From Patescibacteria group bacterium (lineage in GTDB: Bacteria > Patescibacteriota > Patescibacteriia > XYB2-FULL-38-15): 60,981 nt of DNA. How positions within the stretch are numbered: the first letter of the stretch is position 1; each line of letters begins with the position of its first letter. Made by a program: the position numbers and the translations under genes. The DNA is taken from contig JBAZEY010000007.1 of assembly GCA_041653675.1 (NCBI GenBank), positions 1-60,981 on the forward strand, given 5' to 3'. This document shows, one piece after another, positions 51,496 through 60,377 of the stretch. Under the pieces are notes generated by a model that did no database searches, was not told the origin of the DNA, and worked only from the letters and a program-made list of their open reading frames with translations.

Positions 51496-52407
51496 TTAAA
51501 ACTTTTCAAAATTTAGATGACAATTCTGCGGCATGTCTGGTGGACTGTCTTGGGGATTCCATGTTACTATCACTTTTCCGTCTCCCAAATCAAAGATAAT
51601 ACGCGGTTTGATCTGCATGTCATCCGAAGACAATTTGTCATACGCTTCTTGCGTGTAAACCGCGTCAAGTCCGCTTGATAAATCTTGAGGCCAGCTTTCT
51701 GAACCAGGCACAAAGGTACTATATGCTTTTAGTGCGCCCTTCGGTATATCTGTTGTTTTAACTTTAAAGTCATAATAGTCCGCGCATTCTTTTGCCGTAG
51801 CTATCACCCTGAAACGATAAGTGTCGTCTTGAAATAAAATGTTTGTCGGGGTCGGTTTCAGTGTTAACTGAAAATAATCGCTCTTTGCTTCATCTGGCGC
51901 GCAAAATACTCCATCCACCCAATTTAATTGATATTTCTGATTTTCATCAAGCGAAATCACACCAAATAAGTTAAACCAATTTTCCGGGTCACCGGTTGGT
52001 TCGTAGGTTAATTCAAAATTTCCGCTGGCATCAGCTTTATCCCCCAAAGTCAACATATCTGCTAAAGGGAAACAAAAAGGATCCATTTCGCCGACTCCGA
52101 CTAACCAAACCGTAGAACCTGGCGCGGCTTTACCTATAATTCTTATTCCTTCCGGGGAATTTTCCACTGTCGCTCCACTTTGTGGAGAAGTTATGATTGG
52201 TTTAATAATTGTAGTTTGGGCTGGAGTCACTTCTGACGTAGTTTCTTCCACTTCATTCAACAATTTATTCTGCCAATAATAAACTCCGCCGCCCGCGATA
52301 GCAGCCGTTACCACCACGGAAATTATTACCGCAAGAATGGTGTGGCTTTTTTTCGTCTCAGGCAACTCCAAACCTGGCTGATTTTCTACAATTGGCTGAT
52401 TTTCCAT
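51496..52407 (-). CDS. membrane-anchored secreted hypothetical protein
   Basis: N-terminal TM (ILAVIISVVVTAAIAGGGVYYW). Confidence 0.5.
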   Translation of the reverse strand: MENQPIVENQPGLELPETKKSHTILAVIISVVVTAAIAGGGVYYWQNKLLNEVEETTSEVTPAQTTIIKPIITSPQSGATVENSPEGIRIIGKAAPGSTVWLVGVGEMDPFCFPLADMLTLGDKADASGNFELTYEPTGDPENWFNLFGVISLDENQKYQLNWVDGVFCAPDEAKSDYFQLTLKPTPTNILFQDDTYRFRVIATAKECADYYDFKVKTTDIPKGALKAYSTFVPGSESWPQDLSSGLDAVYTQEAYDKLSSDDMQIKPRIIFDLGDGKVIVTWNPQDSPPDMPQNCHLNFEKF

Positions 52408-52424
52408 AACAATTTAGTTAATTG

Positions 52425-53003
52425 TTAATTGAGCTTCAGCGTTGGTTCAACAACATCACGAACTTCTTGGCATCCATGTGGTTTTCCCGAACCATCATCA
52501 AAACCTGTCCCACAGGCTTTAACAAAGAGGAGCCAATTATCATTTAGCATTGTAGGGTAGGCGTCTCCGCCCGCGGCGCATTGATCAAAGTCTTTTTTGA
52601 ACTCATCAAGTGAAGAATAGCCTGCTTTGTTTGGCAGTAGAGTTACAACAAAAACGCCAGAATCTTGGGTTTCACCTTGATATGTAAAGTTATAAACGGT
52701 TCTGGTCGCACCGCTGAATTTGGAGACCAAATTACTAAAGTAGGTCGATGTTTGATTATTGCCACACTCTTCTGCCATTAATACCAATTGATAAGCGGAG
52801 TAAGGAAAGGACGCTGTTTCTTTTGAAACAGAGACGGAGACGCCGCTTGTTGAATAAGCCAGAGGTTCTTTTAACTCCCCCTTGTCCGCGGTTGTATCAG
52901 TTTGTACGACTTTGCTTTGTTGCCACCAGTAAACTCCACCACCGACAACAATTGCGGTGATGATGACGGCGAGGGCAATTACCCACACGTTGTTTTTTCC
53001 CAT
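52425..53003 (-). CDS. membrane-anchored secreted hypothetical protein
   Basis: N-terminal TM (VWVIALAVIITAIVVGGGVYWW). The anchor has the same style as the downstream gene. Confidence 0.5.
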   Translation of the reverse strand: MGKNNVWVIALAVIITAIVVGGGVYWWQQSKVVQTDTTADKGELKEPLAYSTSGVSVSVSKETASFPYSAYQLVLMAEECGNNQTSTYFSNLVSKFSGATRTVYNFTYQGETQDSGVFVVTLLPNKAGYSSLDEFKKDFDQCAAGGDAYPTMLNDNWLLFVKACGTGFDDGSGKPHGCQEVRDVVEPTLKLN

Positions 53004-53083
53004 AGTGATTTCTGGTTAATGTTAAGCGAAGTATATTTTAAATGAAGGAATTAAAACCGCCTAATTTCGGCCAACTGTTTCTA

Positions 53084-54835
53084 TTATACCTCAATTATCA
53101 CCGGAAGCACCATTGGCCGGCGCTCGGTTTTGGTAAAGAGGAATTGGCCGATATTGTCGCGGATTTTATTTTTGATGAAGACATTATCCGCCGCGGATTT
53201 CGGGTCGCGGTCGGAAATCAGTTTTTTCACTTTAGCGCGAACCTGTTCAATCAATTCCTTGCTCTCGCGCATATAAACAAACCCGCGGGAAATAATATCC
53301 GGACTACCGATCAAATAACCTGTCCTCGCGTCAACCGTAGTAATGATCACAATCATGCCGTCTTCAGCCATCATCTTTCGATCGCGAAGCACGACTTGGC
53401 TCACATCGCCGACGCCAAGACCATCCACCATCACGTAATCCGTTGGAACGCGTTGCGGCGTAAGCCGGCCCACTGTGCCGGAAAGATCTTTTCCTCCCGC
53501 CTGAAATTCCATCACCTGGCCGTTGTCGGCGACAAAAATATTTTTGGGATCAAAACCAATGCTTTCGGCGACTTTCGCGTTCATCCGCAAATGCGAATGG
53601 CTGCCTTCAATGGGAATAAAATATTTTGGATTAACTAAGCGGACCATCAATTTAATATCTTCTGCTTTAGCGTGGCCGCCGGCGTGAATGTCCATCATCT
53701 TATAATGAACAACGTCCGCACCTTTGCGATAAAGCGTATCTTTCAGCCGCTGGATTGTCCGCTCGTTTCCCGGAACAACCGAAGAAGAAAAAACAACCGT
53801 ATCTTTCGGTTCAATTCTAACAAACCTATGCTCTTCATTGGCAATGCGCATTAAAACCGCGCGCTCCTCTCCTTGCGCGCCGGTGCAAACAATAATTATT
53901 TTTTCCTGCGGATGATTATGAACATCGGCAATATCAATCAGTGTCCCTGGTTTCACTTTAAGGTAGCCGAGCACCTTCATAATTTCCACATTGGTCTTCA
54001 TACTAAAACCGTCAACCGCGACTTTCTTTCCCATCTCTTCAGCAATACGAATAATTTGCTCAACTCTTGAAAGCAGTGAAGAAAAAGTTCCAATGATAAT
54101 TCTGCCCGGAGCTTTTTCAATCAAGATTTTTAAATTTTTTCCGATTTCCTGTTCGGAAATTTGGTGGCCTTCTTCCGGCGCGTTTGTGCTGTCGGACATT
54201 AAAGCCAAAACTCCCCGCCGACCAATCTCAGCAATTTTTGCAAAATCAGCCGGGCGCTCATCAACCGGAGTATAATCAAATTTCCAATCGCCGGTGTGTA
54301 TCACTGTCCCAACCGGAGTATGAACCACTACTGCCACGGAGTCGGGAATATTATGATTAACATGAATAAATTCTACTTTGAATTTTCCCAAAGTTAAAAC
54401 ATCCTCTTCTTTCACCACCGCCAAATTCAATTTCCCGCTTTTGTAGTCCTCCTGGCGTTTTTTAATAATCGCCAAAGTCAATTGCGTTCCATAAATTGTC
54501 GGATTGCCAAGTCGCGGAACAAGGTGCGGAATTCCTCCAATATGATCGTAATGGCCATGAGTAATAATTATGCCGCGGATATTTTTTTCTTTCCCTTTCA
54601 AATAAGAAATGTTGGGAATAATATAGTCAATTCCGGGCATATCTTCTTCCGGAAACTGCAAACCCATATCAATTAAAATGATATCGTTTTCATATTCCAA
54701 AAGAGTCATGTTGCGCCCGACTTCCTCAAGGCCGCCGATTACAATCACTTTTAGTTTTGGTACGCTCGGACCTTTGGCATAAAATTTTCCGCCGGCCTGG
54801 CTTCTTTGTCTTTTGTTTTTTTTATAATACATCAT
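53084..54835 (-). CDS. rnj: ribonuclease J
   Basis: MBL motif THGHYDHIGG, a beta-CASP region and a C-terminal domain. 583 aa. Confidence 0.9.
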   Translation of the reverse strand: MMYYKKNKRQRSQAGGKFYAKGPSVPKLKVIVIGGLEEVGRNMTLLEYENDIILIDMGLQFPEEDMPGIDYIIPNISYLKGKEKNIRGIIITHGHYDHIGGIPHLVPRLGNPTIYGTQLTLAIIKKRQEDYKSGKLNLAVVKEEDVLTLGKFKVEFIHVNHNIPDSVAVVVHTPVGTVIHTGDWKFDYTPVDERPADFAKIAEIGRRGVLALMSDSTNAPEEGHQISEQEIGKNLKILIEKAPGRIIIGTFSSLLSRVEQIIRIAEEMGKKVAVDGFSMKTNVEIMKVLGYLKVKPGTLIDIADVHNHPQEKIIIVCTGAQGEERAVLMRIANEEHRFVRIEPKDTVVFSSSVVPGNERTIQRLKDTLYRKGADVVHYKMMDIHAGGHAKAEDIKLMVRLVNPKYFIPIEGSHSHLRMNAKVAESIGFDPKNIFVADNGQVMEFQAGGKDLSGTVGRLTPQRVPTDYVMVDGLGVGDVSQVVLRDRKMMAEDGMIVIITTVDARTGYLIGSPDIISRGFVYMRESKELIEQVRAKVKKLISDRDPKSAADNVFIKNKIRDNIGQFLFTKTERRPMVLPVIIEV

Positions 54836-54884
54836 AAAATAAGTTTATAAAGTTTAAGGTTTATAAAATTTTAAAATTCTTTAA

Positions 54885-54967
54885 TGCCCAGGGGGAGAGT
54901 CGAACTCCCATGAGCTTGCGCCCACAGCGTTCTGAACGCTGCGTGTATACCATTTCACCACCTGGGC
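54885..54967 (-). tRNA. tRNA-Leu (anticodon CAG), type II with a long variable arm
   Basis: Hand fold: acceptor GCCCAGG/CCTGGGC, anticodon stem CAGCG/CGCTG with loop TTCAGAA, variable arm TGGGC-GCAA-GCTCA, T arm GGGAG-TTCGACT-CTCCC. Confidence 0.9.
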
Positions 54968-54971
54968 AAGA

Positions 54972-56768
54972 TTATTTCCACTGTCTTTTTGTTTCTTTGT
55001 ACCAATTTGAAATTCCGGCGAAACGGTCGCTCGGAACATTAATGCGCGCGACGTCAATCCCAAAAACCAGAGCGCTAACAACATAAGTGTAGCGAGGGCT
55101 ATAAAGAAAAATGGCTGGGATATCGTCGGCTAGAATATTTTGAAATTCTAAATATTTTTTGGCGCGCTCTTCCGGGTTATCCGTTTGTCTCGCTTCTTCC
55201 AAAAGTTTGTCAACATTACGATTGGCGTAAAGAGAGAGGTTTAATCCGGGATCTTCGGCTTGAGAAGAATGCCAGAAAGGATATGGATCCGGATCAAAGC
55301 CCAAAATCGTTCCGAGCATTAATGCCTCGTAGGCGCGCGGGCGAATAATTTCTCGCTGGATTTTTGTTGAAGAAACAATATTTAATTCTGTTTGTACCCC
55401 GATCGCTTCCCAATCGGTTTTTATCATTTCCGCGACTTTCACATACTCCGGCCGGTCAACAGTCGTTAAAATTATTTTTAAAACCTTGTTATCTTTTTTG
55501 CGGAAAGTTTCACCCTCTGCCAATTTAAAACCTGCTTTTTCTAAAATATCCTTGGCAAAACCCACGTCAAGGGCAATTTTTTTAATCTCTTCTGAATAAC
55601 CGACGTACCCCGGCAAAATCGGGCCATCAATCACTTCTCCCTTTTGGCCAAAAACATCGGCAACAATTTTTGCCTTGTCCACGCTCAAAGCCAAGGCCTT
55701 GCGTACCGAATCATTTTTTAAAAATTCATTATTCTTCTCGTCAAAAAATATCGTCGTGTATTGAGGCAAACTCAAAAAATATTTATTGAATTGCTTGCTC
55801 TGGAGGACGCTCTCCAGCTCTCCCGGTAAAAAACTCACGCCTTCAATATTTTTATTTTGCAGAGCGGTTAACGCCGAATCGTAATCCGGGTAAAATTTAA
55901 AGATCAATTTTTCCAAATATGGCTTTTTGTCGTAAAAATTTTTACTCGCGACCAAGGTGTAAACCTTAATACTGCCATTTTTATCTTTGGTCAAAGATTT
56001 AAATTCAAACGGGCCGGAGCCGACCGGTTTGATGTTGTACTCAGCTAAATTCGCGCTTTGCGCCGGGATGTCATACCAAAGATGCTCTGGCAAAATGCCG
56101 AAAGTCAACATTCCCAAAAATGGCGCGTAGGCTTCGCCTAAAGTAAACCTTATGGTTTTATCATCAACTTTTTCCGCTGTAATACCGCGAAAACCGGAAT
56201 AAAGCGGGCTTCGGAAAAGCGGATCCTTGATTAGGGAAACCGTAAAAACAACGTCCGATGCCGTTAATTTTTCTCCATCATGCCACGCTAAATTATCTTT
56301 TAGATAAATCGTGTAAACCTTTTTATCTTCGCTCACTTCAAAGCTATCAGCCAAGTCGGGTTTAAGTTCTTGCGCGGTATTGTATTTGAAAAGTCCAGAA
56401 AAAATCAAATGTGATAAATCCATATCAACATCATTTGTCTGCGCCAAGATGGGGTTAATATATCGCGGCTCACCAACTAAACCCTCAACATATTCTCCGC
56501 CAAAATCAGGAACTTTTTCCATTTTTTCCAAACTAAATTTCACCCCTAAAAAACCAAAGCTCGCGAGCAAAATAATAAAAAGCCCCAATAAAATAAATTT
56601 TTCGGAACGAACTAAATATTTGGGAAGATACTTCAACTGGCTAAAAGTCGGCACTCTTGATTTTGACAACGCAAAAACTAATTTTTTATCAAAATCAGTC
56701 TGCCTTCTTATGGCCAGATGCTCATTCTTTTCTTCTTTTTTAAAACGACTCAAAAAAGATTTAATCAT
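54972..56768 (-). CDS. ABC transporter substrate-binding protein, family 5 (Opp/Dpp-like), TM-anchored
   Basis: 598 aa with an N-terminal TM anchor. SBP_bac_5-like core (..LAWHDGEKLTASDVVFT..). Confidence 0.8.
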   Translation of the reverse strand: MIKSFLSRFKKEEKNEHLAIRRQTDFDKKLVFALSKSRVPTFSQLKYLPKYLVRSEKFILLGLFIILLASFGFLGVKFSLEKMEKVPDFGGEYVEGLVGEPRYINPILAQTNDVDMDLSHLIFSGLFKYNTAQELKPDLADSFEVSEDKKVYTIYLKDNLAWHDGEKLTASDVVFTVSLIKDPLFRSPLYSGFRGITAEKVDDKTIRFTLGEAYAPFLGMLTFGILPEHLWYDIPAQSANLAEYNIKPVGSGPFEFKSLTKDKNGSIKVYTLVASKNFYDKKPYLEKLIFKFYPDYDSALTALQNKNIEGVSFLPGELESVLQSKQFNKYFLSLPQYTTIFFDEKNNEFLKNDSVRKALALSVDKAKIVADVFGQKGEVIDGPILPGYVGYSEEIKKIALDVGFAKDILEKAGFKLAEGETFRKKDNKVLKIILTTVDRPEYVKVAEMIKTDWEAIGVQTELNIVSSTKIQREIIRPRAYEALMLGTILGFDPDPYPFWHSSQAEDPGLNLSLYANRNVDKLLEEARQTDNPEERAKKYLEFQNILADDIPAIFLYSPRYTYVVSALVFGIDVARINVPSDRFAGISNWYKETKRQWK

Positions 56769-56855
56769 TAGATTTACTAATCTTAAACAACGACTCGCTC
56801 TCTGTTTGTCGTTTTCCTCCGCCCTCCACCTGAGATTTTGCGCCGGAGCTTATAC

Positions 56856-57068
56856 TTATAAAAGAAAGCTAGCTAAAGCGGCGCCGAAAAATATAATTGA
56901 GAGAATAATAGTCGCGACGTACAGCTTCTTTTCAATCCCTCTCTTTGTCTGATAAACCGCGCCTTCTCCACCAAAAACTCCGCCAACGCTCGCTCCGCGG
57001 CTTTGCAGAAGAATTACTACCATTAATAAAACCGAAGCGACAATCTGGATAATATTGATGTATTTCAT
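56856..57068 (-). CDS. secG: preprotein translocase subunit SecG
   Basis: 70 aa with 2 TM segments and LLQSRGASVGGVFGG. Confidence 0.8.
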   Translation of the reverse strand: MKYINIIQIVASVLLMVVILLQSRGASVGGVFGGEGAVYQTKRGIEKKLYVATIILSIIFFGAALASFLL

Positions 57069-57124
57069 ATAAATTTAGAGAAAATTCTATTATTCTATAA
57101 TCCTACCAAAACAGCCTGTTTTTG

Positions 57125-57265
57125 TCAATCAGAACCCTTTTTGCTCAAAATTTCCCTTAATTTAAAAACCCCACGGCCACTAACCTTATGGCGGCGGCGC
57201 TTTTTCTTTTCTCGTCTTTCCTTCGTTTTTTCCAATTTTTTTTCTAATTCTTCGTGGTACCCCAT
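57125..57265 (-). CDS. possible highly basic mini-protein (46 aa)
   Basis: Hand translation gives MGYHEELEKKLEKTKERREKKKRRRHKVSGRGVFKLREILSKKGSD. No SD sequence. Confidence 0.25.
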   Translation of the reverse strand: MGYHEELEKKLEKTKERREKKKRRRHKVSGRGVFKLREILSKKGSD

Positions 57266-57285
57266 ATTAATAATTTATGGTATAC

Positions 57286-57374
57286 TTTTATTGCCGAGGA
57301 TAGCGAGTGAGGAAAAAGTGCCGCGTACTTTTTCCTCCGAACGGCGCAGGCAACACAGGGCCTTTACCCTTTAT
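57286..57374 (-). repeat. copy B of the ~85-nt conserved two-hairpin element
   Basis: The reverse complement aligns to 37598-37682. There is a perfect 11-bp hairpin GAGGAAAAAGT/ACTTTTTCCTC at 57309-57337. Confidence 0.55.
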
Positions 57375-57413
57375 TGTAGCACATTTAAATAATTCGGTTT
57401 TGGCATAAAAATT

Positions 57414-58157
57414 ATGGAGGAGAATTTTACGGAAGAAATTTCTAAAAAATGGTATAAAAAATGGTGGGGCGTCATAATTCTTATTGTGAGCGGCCTGATT
57501 TTGAGTTTTATTTTAATTATCGGCGGCCAAGCCCTTTATTATTATCGCCAAATTAAAAGTGGAAAACTGCCCTTACCGAGCGAAATAATGTTTCAAAAAT
57601 CCAATACCGCGACCGCTTCCACCAGCGCGCCCGATCTTTCTAAACTAAATCCTCCAGGCGAGCCGGCATCATCCCCCTCCGCGCCCACGACTATCGTTGG
57701 ATTTTTTGATTTTGAGTGTCCCTACTCTAAAGAGGCTTATACCGCGATGCGCCAAGTGCAAACTGCCTACGGAGACAGGGTCAATTTTGTTTTTAGAAAT
57801 TTTCCTCTAACCGACATCCACCAAAATGCCATGTCTGCCGCTATTGCCGGAGAATGTGCCCATGCCCAGGATAAATTTTGGTTAATGAGTGATAAAATCT
57901 TTAATGGCTCGGCTCTTACTCGAGAAAACTTTGAACTTTACGCCTCGGAGATTGGCCTGGACGCGGAGCAGTTCGCCAAATGTTTTGACGGCTATCAAGG
58001 AAAAGGCGCCGCTCTGAAAGATGCCACAGACGGCCAGGCTTTGGGGGTTGTTGGAACTCCAACTTGGTTTATCAATGGCGAAAAAATTGAAGGCGCTCTC
58101 TCCGCGAACGACTTTAAAAAAATTATTGATTATCTTTCAGCTCAAAAAACTCTTTAA
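57414..58157 (+). CDS. DsbA-family thioredoxin-fold protein, membrane-anchored, with a CPYS active site
   Basis: TM anchor. FFDFECPYSKEAY where DsbA-like proteins carry CPYC. Confidence 0.75.
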   Translation: MEENFTEEISKKWYKKWWGVIILIVSGLILSFILIIGGQALYYYRQIKSGKLPLPSEIMFQKSNTATASTSAPDLSKLNPPGEPASSPSAPTTIVGFFDFECPYSKEAYTAMRQVQTAYGDRVNFVFRNFPLTDIHQNAMSAAIAGECAHAQDKFWLMSDKIFNGSALTRENFELYASEIGLDAEQFAKCFDGYQGKGAALKDATDGQALGVVGTPTWFINGEKIEGALSANDFKKIIDYLSAQKTL

Positions 58158-58163
58158 TTTTAT

Positions 58164-58781
58164 ATGATTGAAATACGTTTGCATGGACGCGGCGGCCAAG
58201 GCACGGTTACTGCCGCGGAACTTCTCGCCGAAGCCGCACATCTCGACGGAAAATTCTCTCAAGCTTTTCCTTCTTTTGGCATTGAACGCCGCGGCGCCCC
58301 AGTTGAGGCTTATGCGAGAATCTCTGACAAACCCATCACCCTTCACTCAAAAATTTACCAGCCAGACTATCTTATTATCCAAGATCCTACGTTGATTAAT
58401 CTAACTGAAGTGCGCCAGGGCGTCACGGCAAAAACCTTTATCATTATAAACACGGAAAAATCTCCCGCGGATTTCAAAAAAATTTTTGGGAAAAATAATA
58501 TTCAAACAATCCCCGCGACACAAATCGCTCTTGCGATTTTAGGAAAACCGATTATTAATACTATTTTACTCGGCGCCTTCGCGGGCGTTTGCGGTTTGTT
58601 TAATCCCCAATCCTTGACTGCGGCTATCACGGCACGCTTTAAAAAAGAAATTGCCGAAAAAAATTTAAAAGCCATGAATACCGCGTATTGCCATTGCAGC
58701 GCAGACTCGGAATATTGCTTCACGGCGGAAAAATGTAAAATTTCCATGGACGGCGGACAAAAATTTTCTGTCACTTGCTAA
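58164..58781 (+). CDS. porG: 2-oxoacid:ferredoxin oxidoreductase gamma subunit
   Basis: MIEIRLHGRGGQGTVTAAELLAEAA. The C-terminal ~25 aa form a Cys-containing extension. Confidence 0.85.
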   Translation: MIEIRLHGRGGQGTVTAAELLAEAAHLDGKFSQAFPSFGIERRGAPVEAYARISDKPITLHSKIYQPDYLIIQDPTLINLTEVRQGVTAKTFIIINTEKSPADFKKIFGKNNIQTIPATQIALAILGKPIINTILLGAFAGVCGLFNPQSLTAAITARFKKEIAEKNLKAMNTAYCHCSADSEYCFTAEKCKISMDGGQKFSVTC

Positions 58782-58784
58782 AAT

Positions 58785-59069
58785 ATGCCAGACAAAAAAA
58801 CAACTGATCTCTTTTTTAAACCCGGCACGACGGTCGTGAATAAAACCGGTGCCTGGCGAGTTTATTATCCGACCGTTGACCACGAAATTTGTATTGGCTG
58901 CGGCACTTGCGATCGCGTTTGCCCGGAAGGAGTTTGCTTTTCTACCGGACAAAAAAATTCCAAAGGCCTGACTTTCTATGACCGCGATTTAGATTTTTGC
59001 AAAGGTTGCGGTCTCTGCGCTAAGGAATGCCCAGTCAAAGCTATTTCTATGCACTTTGAGGAAAAATAA
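58785..59069 (+). CDS. porD: 2-oxoacid:ferredoxin oxidoreductase delta subunit (2x[4Fe-4S] ferredoxin)
   Basis: CIGCGTCDRVCP and CKGCGLCAKECP. Confidence 0.85.
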   Translation: MPDKKTTDLFFKPGTTVVNKTGAWRVYYPTVDHEICIGCGTCDRVCPEGVCFSTGQKNSKGLTFYDRDLDFCKGCGLCAKECPVKAISMHFEEK

Positions 59070-59072
59070 TTT

Positions 59073-60218
59073 ATGAAAAAATTTTTGGAAGGATCTCGCG
59101 CTATCGCCGAAACTATAAAACTCTGCCGTCCCGGCGTAGTCGCGATTTATCCTATTACTCCCCAAACTCATATCGTAGAAAATCTTGCGGAATTTAAAAC
59201 TCTGGGCCAAGCCGATTTTGAATATTTAAAAATGGAAAGTGAAATGGCCGCGGCTTCCGCCGTTCTAGGAGCCTCCGCCGCCGGAGCGAGAACCTACACG
59301 GCCTCGGCTTCTCAAGGAATGCTTTTGATGACTGAAGTTTTATTCAATATTGCCGGTCTAAATTTACCTGTTGTAATGACTTGCGCCAATCGCGCGATTT
59401 CCGCGCCGATTAATATATGGAATGACCACCAGGACGCGATGACCATGCGCGACGCCGGATGGATAATGCTTTTCGCCGAAGATAACCAAGAAGCTTCCGA
59501 TCTCCATATCCAGGCATACAAAATTGCGGAGCAGGTAAAGCTGCCCGTTATGGTTTGCGTGGACGGGTTTAGTTTGACGCATACTTTCGGACCGGTTGAT
59601 TTGCCTGACCAAAAATTAGTAAGTAAATTTTTGCCCCCGAGAAAAACCTTGTCGGGCCAATACCTTAATCCCAAAAACCCCGTAAGTCTCGGCGGAATTT
59701 CCTCACCAGAAAGTTATGTTATTTCAAGAAAAACTCTCCATGAAAATTTAATTGCTAGCAAAAAAATAATTAAGAGTACGGCGACGGAATTTAATAAATT
59801 ATTTTCCGGAAAAAAAGCAGGCGATGGATTTATAGAATATATTGGCCCCAAAAATCCTAAATTAATGATTGTCGCGATGGGCTCAATTTTAGGAACAATC
59901 CGGGCAACTTTTGAAAAAGAAAAAATCTCTAACGAAGTCGGCATTTTGAAAATTAAATGTTTTCGCCCCTTTCCCGACGAAGAAATTTCCAAAACAATTT
60001 TGCGGGTGAGGCCGAAACACGTCGCCGTCCTTGATCGCTCCATCTCCTTGGGACAAGGCGGCGTTCTCGCGAGTGAAGTAAAAAATCTCTGTCCCATCGG
60101 CATGGTTTCAAATTTCATCGTCGGCTTGGGAGGAAAAGATGTTACTCCGGAACATATTGAAAAAATTGTTAAGCTAAGTCTCACCGACAAAACCTGTACT
60201 ACTCGCTTTTTTGTTTAA
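59073..60218 (+). CDS. porA: 2-oxoacid:ferredoxin oxidoreductase alpha subunit
   Basis: GSRAIAE..YPITPQT N-terminus; 381 aa. Confidence 0.85.
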   Translation: MKKFLEGSRAIAETIKLCRPGVVAIYPITPQTHIVENLAEFKTLGQADFEYLKMESEMAAASAVLGASAAGARTYTASASQGMLLMTEVLFNIAGLNLPVVMTCANRAISAPINIWNDHQDAMTMRDAGWIMLFAEDNQEASDLHIQAYKIAEQVKLPVMVCVDGFSLTHTFGPVDLPDQKLVSKFLPPRKTLSGQYLNPKNPVSLGGISSPESYVISRKTLHENLIASKKIIKSTATEFNKLFSGKKAGDGFIEYIGPKNPKLMIVAMGSILGTIRATFEKEKISNEVGILKIKCFRPFPDEEISKTILRVRPKHVAVLDRSISLGQGGVLASEVKNLCPIGMVSNFIVGLGGKDVTPEHIEKIVKLSLTDKTCTTRFFV

Positions 60219-60244
60219 TTACAATTTTTAAAATCTATAATTTT

Positions 60245-60373
60245 ATGCCTAATCTCGACAAAGTCCTCCAAATTTTACCAAAAATCTTCTTGGGCGTCCT
60301 GGTTACTCTTTTTGTTTTCCAGGTCGTTGGATTCTTTGTTATTTTTTATCTCTCAAGCCAGGCTCTAAAATAA
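60245..60373 (+). CDS. possible single-TM mini-protein (42 aa)
   Basis: Hand translation gives MPNLDKVLQILPKIFLGVLVTLFVFQVVGFFVIFYLSSQALK. Confidence 0.3.
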   Translation: MPNLDKVLQILPKIFLGVLVTLFVFQVVGFFVIFYLSSQALK

Positions 60374-60377
60374 AAAT

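Noticed and set aside
53042-53638. 198-aa plus-strand ORF and other plus-strand ORFs between 53.6 and 54.7 kb.
   Set aside because: They are antisense to the well-supported RNase J gene and have no motifs.
54881-55084. 67-aa minus-strand ORF.
   Set aside because: Its 3' part is the tRNA-Leu(CAG) gene, and the rest overlaps the 3' end of the SBP gene out of frame.
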